31,702 nt of DNA, taken from UHGV virus genome UHGV-0114730, one strand, 5' to 3'. The DNA is from a virus. Below are positions 19,013 through 27,555 of this stretch, one piece after another. Both the position numbers and the translations under genes were made by a program. The number at the start of each line of letters is the position of its first letter. Within the stretch, counting starts at the first letter, position 1. The notes beneath the pieces were generated by a model. That model did no database searches and was not told where the DNA came from. It saw only the letters and a list, made by a program, of their open reading frames with translations.

Positions 19013-19921
19013 ATGCCGATTATCGACCTGAACCAGCTACCCGCACCGGATGTGGTCGAGGAGCTGGACTTTGAAACCATTCTTGCCGAACGCAAGGCGA
19101 CACTGATTTCCCTTTACCCGGAAGACCAGCAGGAGGCGGTCGCCCGTACCCTGACGCTGGAATCCGAGCCTCTCGTCAAACTGCTGGAGGAAAATGCGTA
19201 TCGCGAGCTTATCTGGCGTCAGCGTGTGAATGAGGCTGCACGGGCGGTGATGCTGGCCTGTGCAGCCGGTAATGACCTTGATGTGATTGGTGCCAATTAC
19301 AACACCACGCGCCTGACTATCACCCCGGCAGATGATTCGACCATCCCGCCGACACCGGCAGTGATGGAGTCTGACACTGATTATCGTCTGCGTATTCAGC
19401 AGGCGTTTGAGGGCTTAAGCGTCGCCGGGTCGGTGGGAGCCTATCAGTATCATGGTCGCAGTGCCGACGGGCGTGTCGCGGATATCTCTGTCACCAGTCC
19501 GTCTCCGGCCTGCGTCACTATCTCTGTGCTGTCACGTGAAAATAACGGCGTCGCATCCGAAGACCTGCTGGCCGTGGTGCGTAACGCCCTTAATAGCGAG
19601 GACGTCAGGCCGGTGGCCGACCGCGTGACCGTGCAGTCTGCCGCCATTGTTGAATACCAGATAAACGCCACGCTTTACCTTTACCCTGGTCCCGAAAGCG
19701 AACCCATTCGCGCTGCCGCCGTGAAAAAACTGGAAGCGTATATCACGGCACAGCACCGGCTGGGGCGTGACATCCGTCTGTCTGCCATTTATGCCGCTTT
19801 GCATGTGGAAGGCGTGCAGCGTGTCGAACTGGCTGCACCACTGGCCGACATCGTGCTCAACAATACGCAGGCGTCTTTCTGTACCGAATACCGCGTTGTG
19901 ACCGGAGGCTCGGATGAGTGA
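19013..19921 (+). CDS. J: baseplate protein J
   Basis: 302 aa, size and order as P2 J. Confidence 0.9.
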   Translation: MPIIDLNQLPAPDVVEELDFETILAERKATLISLYPEDQQEAVARTLTLESEPLVKLLEENAYRELIWRQRVNEAARAVMLACAAGNDLDVIGANYNTTRLTITPADDSTIPPTPAVMESDTDYRLRIQQAFEGLSVAGSVGAYQYHGRSADGRVADISVTSPSPACVTISVLSRENNGVASEDLLAVVRNALNSEDVRPVADRVTVQSAAIVEYQINATLYLYPGPESEPIRAAAVKKLEAYITAQHRLGRDIRLSAIYAALHVEGVQRVELAAPLADIVLNNTQASFCTEYRVVTGGSDE

Positions 19922-20444
19922 TTCGCGACTGCTGCCGACCGGCTCATCACCGCTTGAAGTTGCCGCCGCAAAAGCCTGTGCGGAAATTGAAAAAACGCCG
20001 GTCAGTATTCGTGAGCTGTGGAACCCGGACACCTGCCCGGCAAATCTGCTGCCGTGGCTGGCGTGGGCGTTTTCGGTCGACAGGTGGGATGAAAAGTGGC
20101 CGGAAGCGACAAAACGCGCCGTTATCCGCGATGCCTATTTCATCCACTGTCATAAAGGCACTATCGGCGCAATCCGGCGTGTGGTGGAGCCGCTAGGCTA
20201 TCTCATCAACGTGACGGAGTGGTGGGAAAACAGTGACCCGCCCGGCACTTTCCGGCTTGATATTGGTGTACTGGAAAGCGGTATCACAGAGGCAATGTAT
20301 CAGGAAATGGAACGGCTGATTGCCGATGCCAAACCTGCAAGCCGTCATCTTATTGGTCTGAACATTACCCGGGACATTCCCGGCTACCTGTTCGCCGGTG
20401 GTGTGGCTTACGACGGCGATGTAATTACGGTTTACCCCGGATAA
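19914..20444 (+). CDS. I: baseplate / tail protein I
   Basis: 176 aa, overlaps J end. Confidence 0.9.
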   Translation: MSDSRLLPTGSSPLEVAAAKACAEIEKTPVSIRELWNPDTCPANLLPWLAWAFSVDRWDEKWPEATKRAVIRDAYFIHCHKGTIGAIRRVVEPLGYLINVTEWWENSDPPGTFRLDIGVLESGITEAMYQEMERLIADAKPASRHLIGLNITRDIPGYLFAGGVAYDGDVITVYPG

Positions 20445-20454
20445 GTGAGGAAGA

Positions 20455-22584
20455 ATGAGCACAAAATTCAGAACCGTTATCACCACTGCCGGTGCAGCAA
20501 AGCTGGCAGCGGCAACCGCGCCGGGAGGGCGGAAGGTCAACATTACCACGATGGCCGTCGGGGATGGCGGTGGTAAATTGCCTGTCCCGGATGCCGGACA
20601 GACCGGGCTTATCCATGAAGTCTGGCGACATGCGCTGAACAAAATCAGCCAGGACAAACGAAACAGTAATTATATTATCGCAGAGCTGGTTATTCCGCCG
20701 GAGGTGGGCGGTTTCTGGATGCGAGAGCTTGGCCTGTACGATGATGCGGGAACGTTAATTGCCGTGGCGAACATGGCCGAAAGTTATAAACCTGCCCTTG
20801 CCGAAGGCTCAGGGCGTTCGCAGACCTGCCGCATGGTCATCATCGTCAGCAGTGTGGCCTCAGTGGAGCTGACCATTGACACCACAACGGTGATGGCGAC
20901 GCAGGATTACGTTGATGACAAAATTGCAGAGCACGAACAGTCACGACGTCACCCGGACGCCTCGCTGACCGCAAAAGGTTTTACTCAGTTAAGCAGTGCG
21001 ACCAACAGCACGTCTGAAACACTGGCCGCAACGCCGAAAGCGGTAAAGGCTGCTTATGATCTTGCTAACAGGAAATATACTGCGCAGGATGCCACCACGG
21101 CGCGAAAAGGCCTTGTTCAGCTCAGTAGTGCGACTAACAGCACGTCTGAAACGCTCGCCGCAACGCCAAAAGCAGTAAAGACAGCATATGACCTTGCTAA
21201 CGGGAAATACACTGCACAGGACGCCACCACAGCGCGAAAAGGGCTTGCTCAGCTCAGTAGCGCCACCAACAGCGATTCTGAAACGCTTGCGGCAACGCCA
21301 AAGGCGGTAAAGGCAGCATATGACCTCGCTAACGGGAAATATACCGCACAGGATGCCACCACGGCGCGAAAAGGTCTTGTCCAGCTCAGTAGCGCCACCA
21401 ACAGCGATTCTGAAACGCTTGCGGCAACGCCAAAGGCGGTAAAGGTCGCGTATGACCTTGCTAACGGGAAATACACTGCACAGGATGCCTCCACAGCGCG
21501 AAAAGGGCTTGTTCAGCTCAGTAGCGCCACCAACAGTGATTCGGAAACGCTGGCCGCAACACCAAAAGCGGTGAAGTCTGCCTATGACAATGCTGAGAAA
21601 CGTCTTCAGAAAGATCAGAACGGTGCGGATATTCCTGATAAAAGATTATTCCTGCGCAATATTGGTGCAACAAATTCAACAACCATGTCTTTTAGTGGTG
21701 GTACAGGATGGTTCAGGCTGGCAACTGTAACCATGCCACAGGCCAGTTCCGTGGTTTACATAAGTCTGATTGGTGGTGCTGGATATAATGTTAACTCCCC
21801 TATGCAGGCTGGTATATCTGAACTTGTTCTTCGTGCGGGAAATGGAAATCCAAAAGGTCTTACTGGTGCGTTATGGCGACGGACATCGGTTGGATTTACT
21901 AATTTTGCATGGGTGAATACATCCGGTGATACCTATGATGTTTATGTTGAAATAGGTAATTACGCCACAGGTGTTAATATTCAGTGGGATTATACCAGTA
22001 ACGCCAGCGTAACGATTCATACATCACCATCTTATACAGCGAATAAACCAACAGGCCTGACAGATGGAACTGTATATGTAATTTACAGTTCGCACATTAA
22101 ACCGACTGCTGCTGATGTTGGGGCGTTGCCATTATCTGGAGGTCAATTGAATGGTGCACTGGGCATCGGAACATCCAGTGCTCTTGGCGGTAACTCGATT
22201 GTTTTGGGTGATAATGACACAGGCTTTAAACAAAATGGCGACGGTAATCTGGATGTTTATGCTAATAACGTTCATGTTATGCGCTTTGTCTCCGGTAGCA
22301 TTCAAAGTAATAAAACCATAAATATTACGGGGCGTGTTAATCCCACAGATTACGGTAACTTTGACTCCCGCTATGTCCGGGATATCCGGCTTGGTGGTGC
22401 CGCCACATACAAACCTGCGAACAATGGCATGACATGGACACATCAGGTACCGTCAGGGTGTGTATATACCGGCATTATTGTTCAGGATACCGGCTCAAAC
22501 TCTGCCGATAACATTGGTGGCGTATATTACAGACCGGTGCAGAAATACATTAACGGGACATGGTATAACGTGGCGCAGGTATAA
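20455..22584 (+). CDS. H: tail fibre protein H with internal tandem repeats
   Basis: 709 aa (P2 H recalled as about 669); conserved N-terminal region, repeat block, divergent C-terminal receptor-binding region. Confidence 0.9.
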   Translation: MSTKFRTVITTAGAAKLAAATAPGGRKVNITTMAVGDGGGKLPVPDAGQTGLIHEVWRHALNKISQDKRNSNYIIAELVIPPEVGGFWMRELGLYDDAGTLIAVANMAESYKPALAEGSGRSQTCRMVIIVSSVASVELTIDTTTVMATQDYVDDKIAEHEQSRRHPDASLTAKGFTQLSSATNSTSETLAATPKAVKAAYDLANRKYTAQDATTARKGLVQLSSATNSTSETLAATPKAVKTAYDLANGKYTAQDATTARKGLAQLSSATNSDSETLAATPKAVKAAYDLANGKYTAQDATTARKGLVQLSSATNSDSETLAATPKAVKVAYDLANGKYTAQDASTARKGLVQLSSATNSDSETLAATPKAVKSAYDNAEKRLQKDQNGADIPDKRLFLRNIGATNSTTMSFSGGTGWFRLATVTMPQASSVVYISLIGGAGYNVNSPMQAGISELVLRAGNGNPKGLTGALWRRTSVGFTNFAWVNTSGDTYDVYVEIGNYATGVNIQWDYTSNASVTIHTSPSYTANKPTGLTDGTVYVIYSSHIKPTAADVGALPLSGGQLNGALGIGTSSALGGNSIVLGDNDTGFKQNGDGNLDVYANNVHVMRFVSGSIQSNKTINITGRVNPTDYGNFDSRYVRDIRLGGAATYKPANNGMTWTHQVPSGCVYTGIIVQDTGSNSADNIGGVYYRPVQKYINGTWYNVAQV
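20968..21627 (+). repeat. 5 tandem in-frame copies of a 132-bp (44-aa) tail-fibre repeat inside H
   Basis: Unit starts at 20968, 21100, 21232, 21364, 21496; consensus ARKGLVQLSSATNS(T/D)SETLAATPKAVK.AYDLANGKYTAQDATT; last copy partial. Confidence 0.9.
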
Positions 22585-22587
22585 TTT

Positions 22588-23115
22588 ATGCAGCATTTGA
22601 AAAATATTACGGCGGGTAATCCAAAAACGGTTGAACAATATCAATTGACAAAGAACTTTGATGTTGTCTGGTTTTTTTCAGAAGATGGTAAGAACTGGTA
22701 CGAAGAACAAAACTATTTTGCTGATGACACGATAAAAATAGCGTACGGCAAAGATAATATCATCCGCTATGTGGAAAAGGATGTGACAGCTATCAGACCG
22801 GATGGATTAAGTGTTGTTGAAGTGACGGATATTACTGCTAACCGACGGGCGGACATTTCAGGGAACTGGATGTTTAAGGATGGCACAGTGATTAAACGAA
22901 TTTATACGGCAGAGGAATTGCAGCAGCAGGGAGAAAATCGGAAAGCCAGACTTCTAGCAGATGCTGAATCCGTGATTTTGCCGCTGGAGCGCGCTGTCAG
23001 GCTGAATATGGCAACAGATGAGGAGCGCAGTCGACTGGAGGCATGGGAACGCTACAGTGTTCTGGTCAGTCGTGTGGATCCTGCAAATCCTGAATGGCCG
23101 GAAATGCCGCAATAA
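22588..23115 (+). CDS. G: tail fibre assembly chaperone G
   Basis: 175 aa, directly downstream of H. Confidence 0.9.
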   Translation: MQHLKNITAGNPKTVEQYQLTKNFDVVWFFSEDGKNWYEEQNYFADDTIKIAYGKDNIIRYVEKDVTAIRPDGLSVVEVTDITANRRADISGNWMFKDGTVIKRIYTAEELQQQGENRKARLLADAESVILPLERAVRLNMATDEERSRLEAWERYSVLVSRVDPANPEWPEMPQ

Positions 23116-23551
23116 GTTGTATGGGCTATGGTGAGAGCTTACATATCTATGGCACAGAGTAAAGCCTAATCTGACAGTCCGCTCTGTGCTAGGAGCGGAC
23201 TCTGTTAAGGTGATTAAACGCTTGAGAGCGAATGTAGTTTTGATGCTAGCTGCTAATATGTAGCATCTTACCGGCTGTGTTAACGTTGGCCTGTCCAGCA
23301 AGGGTTACGGGCAGATAGTGAATGAGCACATCTTAAAGTCTAAACTTTGAATCAACGGCTCCTTGAGACAGACCAAGGCGGCAGGTGCCTTTAATGGCAT
23401 AACCGGCGCAGATCTGTGATGATGTTCACAACTAACCTGAGGTTTCAGTTTTCATACTCTGAGAGTACGATTGTTGTAGAATATTTATGTTGTATTATAT
23501 TTGAATTTTTTATGTAATGTTCTGACAATTACTGATTGAAGAGGGAAGGAG

Positions 23552-25006
23552 ATGGATTTTTCAGAACTAAATATACAACGGCTTTTTGGTCAAGAGGCTG
23601 CTGAAAGCGAAGAAATTGATAGGCTTAAAGAATATTATTTTAAAAGTAAGATATACTCCAAGGTTATTGTTGATCTTCCTTTGAGGATATTGGTTGGGCA
23701 TAAAGGGATCGGCAAATCAGCTTTGTTCAAAGTTGGTATGGAAGATGAGAAAAATAACGGAAGGCTGACTTTCATTATAAAACCAGATGATATAGCAGGT
23801 ATTGGCGGTAAAGATGATGACTTTCTATCTCTTATAACTCGTTGGAAACTTGGCATTAATGAAATCATAGCAAACAAGATCATGACCTACTTCGGGCTAT
23901 TCGACGAGGATAAAAGCCTAATTAATAAAGCATTGGGGGCCGGCGTTACATTATTAGATGTTTTAAGTGAAACTATTAATATCAAAGACAAGATTGATTT
24001 ATCTAGAATTAACTCAGAATTAAAGGCTAAGGCAATACGAAATTTTTTAGACACAAATAAAGTCTCAATATATATAGATGACCTTGATAGAGGATGGCAA
24101 GGAAGACTAGAAGATATCCAGAGAATATCCGCACTACTTAATGCTGTTCGAGATATTTCCAGTGAAAATAGAGGGGTTTATTTCAGAGTTAACCTGAGAT
24201 CGGATGTGTATTTTCTTTCAAGAACTTCGGATGAGTCCACTGATAAAACTGAAGGCTCTGTCATTTGGTTCGACTGGTCTAATCATGAAATATTTGCTCT
24301 TTTGATAAAAAGAGTTGCAACCTTCAATGGGCATTATGGCTTAAGTGATAAAGAGCTTCTACAAAAAAAACAATCAGATCTGATGAATTACTTAACAGAT
24401 ATTATTGAAGACAGATTTACAGGGAGTGGCAAATGGTCTAATGCACCCATGTATAAAATTTTAATGTCATTGATTAGAAGAAGGCCTAGAGACCTTGTTA
24501 AGCTTTTGACTCTAGCCGCACGTAAGGCTCATGATGATGAATCATCAATAATCAAGACCAAACATCTGCAGGCAATATTAGATGAATATTCGCAAGGGAG
24601 ATTACAAGATACGATCAATGAATTTATATCTGAATTACCAGATGTAGAGCGTCTTATACTTGGGATGAAACCCTCAAAGCGGCAACTTAAAGCATCCGAA
24701 AATTATAATTACACTACTAACTCTTTACTGGCAAAATTAAAATCAATAGAACAGCAAGGAGCATTTAAAGGACGAAACAATAAAAACATTTCAACAAAAG
24801 AATTAGCAGCCTTTCTATATAAAATAGGTTTTATTACAGCAAGGAAAGTTTTACCTGATGGAACAATAGATAGAAAATACTTTGAACAAAATAGGTATCT
24901 TTCCAGCAAGTTTGCTGACTTCGGCTATGATTGGGAGGTACATCCTGCATACAGATGGGCATTGCAGCCAGATAATATTTATGATCTCATTGATAGTGTA
25001 GATTAA
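23552..25006 (+). CDS. cargo 2: P-loop NTPase of unassigned family (candidate single-gene defence protein)
   Basis: 484 aa; Walker A GHKGIGKS (aa 49-56, nt 23696-23719); Walker B IYIDDLDR (aa 173-180); basic patch RRRPRDLVKLL (aa 309-319); AT-rich; own GGAGATG RBS; sits where P2 has Z/fun. Confidence 0.6.
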   Translation: MDFSELNIQRLFGQEAAESEEIDRLKEYYFKSKIYSKVIVDLPLRILVGHKGIGKSALFKVGMEDEKNNGRLTFIIKPDDIAGIGGKDDDFLSLITRWKLGINEIIANKIMTYFGLFDEDKSLINKALGAGVTLLDVLSETINIKDKIDLSRINSELKAKAIRNFLDTNKVSIYIDDLDRGWQGRLEDIQRISALLNAVRDISSENRGVYFRVNLRSDVYFLSRTSDESTDKTEGSVIWFDWSNHEIFALLIKRVATFNGHYGLSDKELLQKKQSDLMNYLTDIIEDRFTGSGKWSNAPMYKILMSLIRRRPRDLVKLLTLAARKAHDDESSIIKTKHLQAILDEYSQGRLQDTINEFISELPDVERLILGMKPSKRQLKASENYNYTTNSLLAKLKSIEQQGAFKGRNNKNISTKELAAFLYKIGFITARKVLPDGTIDRKYFEQNRYLSSKFADFGYDWEVHPAYRWALQPDNIYDLIDSVD

Positions 25007-25012
25007 TATCGA

Positions 25013-25038
25013 TAAGCGATCTTGCCAAAGATCGCTTA
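25013..25038 (+). terminator. perfect 11-bp-stem hairpin immediately 3' of cargo 2 (possible terminator)
   Basis: TAAGCGATCTT-GCCA-AAGATCGCTTA starting 7 nt after the stop; weak U-tract. Confidence 0.4.
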
Positions 25039-25226
25039 CATCTTGTATGTCTATCAAAAGAACCTAGATCGCTGTAACTTAGTACATATAAAAGTTAATA
25101 AATCAAATCTAGTATTTTGCTATAAAGATAAATGTCCGCTTCTTGCTCAAAGCAGACTGTCAGATTTGATAACTTTTGGGCTATGTAAATTGTCAGTCGG
25201 AAAATGAGTAAGTTCAAATCAGGACA

Positions 25227-25249
25227 GGCGGGCGGATTGCCCGCCTTTT
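25227..25249 (+). terminator. intrinsic terminator upstream of FI
   Basis: GGCGGGC-GGATT-GCCCGCC hairpin followed by TTTT. Confidence 0.6.
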
Positions 25250-25349
25250 CTTTATCTGTTGTTTCATCCACTGACCAGCCAGGTCAAATAGCGTCTCATG
25301 CTCTGCACAACAGAAAATAGTTGCACCCATTAACCACGGAGTTAAACGG

Positions 25350-26540
25350 ATGAGTGACTATCATCACGGCGTGCAGGTGCTGGAGATTAACGACGGCACC
25401 CGCGTCATTTCCACCGTATCCACGGCCATTGTCGGCATGGTCTGCACGGCCAGCGATGCGGATGCGGAAACCTTCCCCCTCAATAAACCTGTGCTGATTA
25501 CCAATGTGCAGAGCGCAATTGCAAAGGCCGGTAAAAAAGGCACGCTGGCGGCATCGTTGCAGGCCATCGCCGACCAGTCAAAACCGGTCACCGTTGTCGT
25601 GCGCGTGGAAGACGGCACCGGCGATGACGAAGAAACGAAACTCGCGCAGACCGTTTCCAATATCATCGGCACCACCGACGAAAACGGTCAGTACACCGGA
25701 CTGAAAGCCCTGCTGGCGGCGGAGTCGGTAACAGGTGTTAAACCGCGTATTCTTGGTGTGCCGGGACTGGACACCAAAGAGGTGGCTGTTGCACTGGCAT
25801 CAGTCTGTCAGAAGCTGCGCGCTTTCGGGTATATCAGCGCATGGGGCTGTAAAACCATTTCCGAGGTGAAAGCCTACCGTCAGAATTTCAGCCAGCGTGA
25901 GCTGATGGTCATCTGGCCGGATTTCCTCGCATGGGATACGGTCAGCAGCACCACCGCCACCGCGTATGCCACCGCCCGTGCGCTGGGTCTGCGCGCTAAA
26001 ATCGACCAGGAGCAGGGCTGGCATAAAACGCTGTCCAATGTCGGGGTGAATGGTGTTACCGGCATCAGCGCATCTGTATTCTGGGATTTGCAGGAGTCCG
26101 GCACCGATGCTGACCTGCTTAACGAGTCAGGCGTCACAACGCTGATTCGCCGTGACGGTTTCCGCTTCTGGGGTAACCGTACCTGCTCTGATGACCCGCT
26201 GTTCCTCTTTGAAAACTACACCCGCACCGCGCAGGTGCTGGCCGACACGATGGCTGAGGCGCACATGTGGGCGGTGGACAAGCCCATCACCGCAACGCTG
26301 ATTCGCGACATCGTTGACGGCATCAATGCCAAATTCCGTGAGCTGAAAACAAACGGCTATATCGTGGATGCGACCTGCTGGTTCAGCGAAGAATCCAACG
26401 ATGCGGAAACCCTCAAGGCCGGAAAACTGTATATCGACTACGACTATACACCGGTGCCTCCTCTCGAAAACCTGACCCTGCGCCAGCGTATTACCGATAA
26501 ATACCTGGCAAATCTGGTCACCTCGGTTAACAGCAATTAA
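25350..26540 (+). CDS. FI: contractile tail sheath protein
   Basis: 396 aa, size and order as P2 FI. Confidence 0.92.
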   Translation: MSDYHHGVQVLEINDGTRVISTVSTAIVGMVCTASDADAETFPLNKPVLITNVQSAIAKAGKKGTLAASLQAIADQSKPVTVVVRVEDGTGDDEETKLAQTVSNIIGTTDENGQYTGLKALLAAESVTGVKPRILGVPGLDTKEVAVALASVCQKLRAFGYISAWGCKTISEVKAYRQNFSQRELMVIWPDFLAWDTVSSTTATAYATARALGLRAKIDQEQGWHKTLSNVGVNGVTGISASVFWDLQESGTDADLLNESGVTTLIRRDGFRFWGNRTCSDDPLFLFENYTRTAQVLADTMAEAHMWAVDKPITATLIRDIVDGINAKFRELKTNGYIVDATCWFSEESNDAETLKAGKLYIDYDYTPVPPLENLTLRQRITDKYLANLVTSVNSN

Positions 26541-26552
26541 GGAGCCTGACCG

Positions 26553-27071
26553 ATGGCAATGCCGCGCAAACTCAAGTTAATGAACGTCTTTCTGAACGGC
26601 TACAGCTATCAGGGCGTCGCGAAGTCCGTCACGCTACCAAAACTGACCCGTAAGCTCGAAAACTATCGCGGTGCGGGGATGAACGGCAGCGCACCGGTAG
26701 ACCTCGGCCTTGATGACGATGCGCTGTCAATGGAGTGGTCGCTCGGTGGCTTCCCGGATTCGGTTATCTGGGAGCTTTACGCCGCAACCGGTGTGGATTC
26801 CGTACCGATTCGTTTTGCAGGCTCTTACCAGCGCGACGATACCGGCGAAACGGTGGCCGTCGAGGTGGTCATGCGTGGACGTCAGAAAGAAATCGACACC
26901 GGCGAGGGCAAACAGGGAGAAGACACCGAGTCGAAAATCTCCGTGGTCTGCACCTATTTCCGGCTGACGATGGACGGTAAGGAGCTGGTCGAAATCGACA
27001 CCATCAACATGATTGAGAAGGTGAACGGCGTCGACCGGCTGGAGCAACACCGCCGCAATATCGGCCTGTGA
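26553..27071 (+). CDS. FII: tail tube protein
   Basis: 172 aa, size and order as P2 FII. Confidence 0.92.
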   Translation: MAMPRKLKLMNVFLNGYSYQGVAKSVTLPKLTRKLENYRGAGMNGSAPVDLGLDDDALSMEWSLGGFPDSVIWELYAATGVDSVPIRFAGSYQRDDTGETVAVEVVMRGRQKEIDTGEGKQGEDTESKISVVCTYFRLTMDGKELVEIDTINMIEKVNGVDRLEQHRRNIGL

Positions 27072-27127
27072 TTTTCATCCGGTCAGCCTGGCTGACCGGT
27101 TAACCCCGATTCAGAAGTGAGAAAACC

Positions 27128-27403
27128 ATGAACAAAGAAAATGTGATTACCCTGGACAATCCGGTCAAGCGTGGTGAGCAGGTTATCGAACAGGTCACGC
27201 TGATGAAACCTAATGCCGGGACGCTGCGCGGTGTCAGTCTGGCTGCGGTCGCGAACTCCGAAGTCGATGCACTGATTAAGGTGCTGCCGCGCATGACGGC
27301 ACCGATGCTGACCGAGCAGGAAGTCGCCGCGCTGGAACTGCCTGACCTTGTGGCGCTGGCCGGTAAGGTGGTCGGTTTTTTGTCGCCGAACTCGGTGCAG
27401 TGA
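27128..27403 (+). CDS. E: tail assembly chaperone E
   Basis: 91 aa, ends at TGA 27401-27403; contains slippery site near 3' end. Confidence 0.88.
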   Translation: MNKENVITLDNPVKRGEQVIEQVTLMKPNAGTLRGVSLAAVANSEVDALIKVLPRMTAPMLTEQEVAALELPDLVALAGKVVGFLSPNSVQ

Positions 27404-27555
27404 CGTTCCCGAAAAATCTCTCGGTCGATGACCTGATGGCGGATGTGGCAGTGATATTTCACTGGCCGCCATCAGAACTGTATCCCATGAGTCTGACCGA
27501 ACTCATCACATGGCGCGAAAAGGCGCTCCGGCGAAGCGGAAACACGAATGAGTAA
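27128..27555 (+). CDS. E': tail assembly chaperone E+E' (programmed -1 frameshift product)
   Basis: Slippery T-TTT-TTG at 27376-27382; -1 frame is open from 27382 to TAA 27553-27555, giving about 142 aa and overlapping the T start. Confidence 0.75.

Noticed and set aside
21249-21494. 81-aa minus-strand ORF with an internal duplicated peptide
   Set aside because: An artefact of the 132-bp tandem repeats in H read on the opposite strand.
20968-21627. Possibility that the periodic repeats are a CRISPR array
   Set aside because: The period is 132 bp with no unique spacers, the units are in frame and inside a conserved tail-fibre gene, and no cas genes are present.
25022-25207. 61-aa ORF between cargo 2 and FI
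   Set aside because: It lies in AT-rich intergenic DNA between two hairpins with no RBS seen; probably non-coding.
23116-25349. Retron or toxin-antitoxin at the Z/fun hotspot
   Set aside because: There is no reverse-transcriptase ORF and no second small partner ORF; the only convincing gene is the single 484-aa NTPase.
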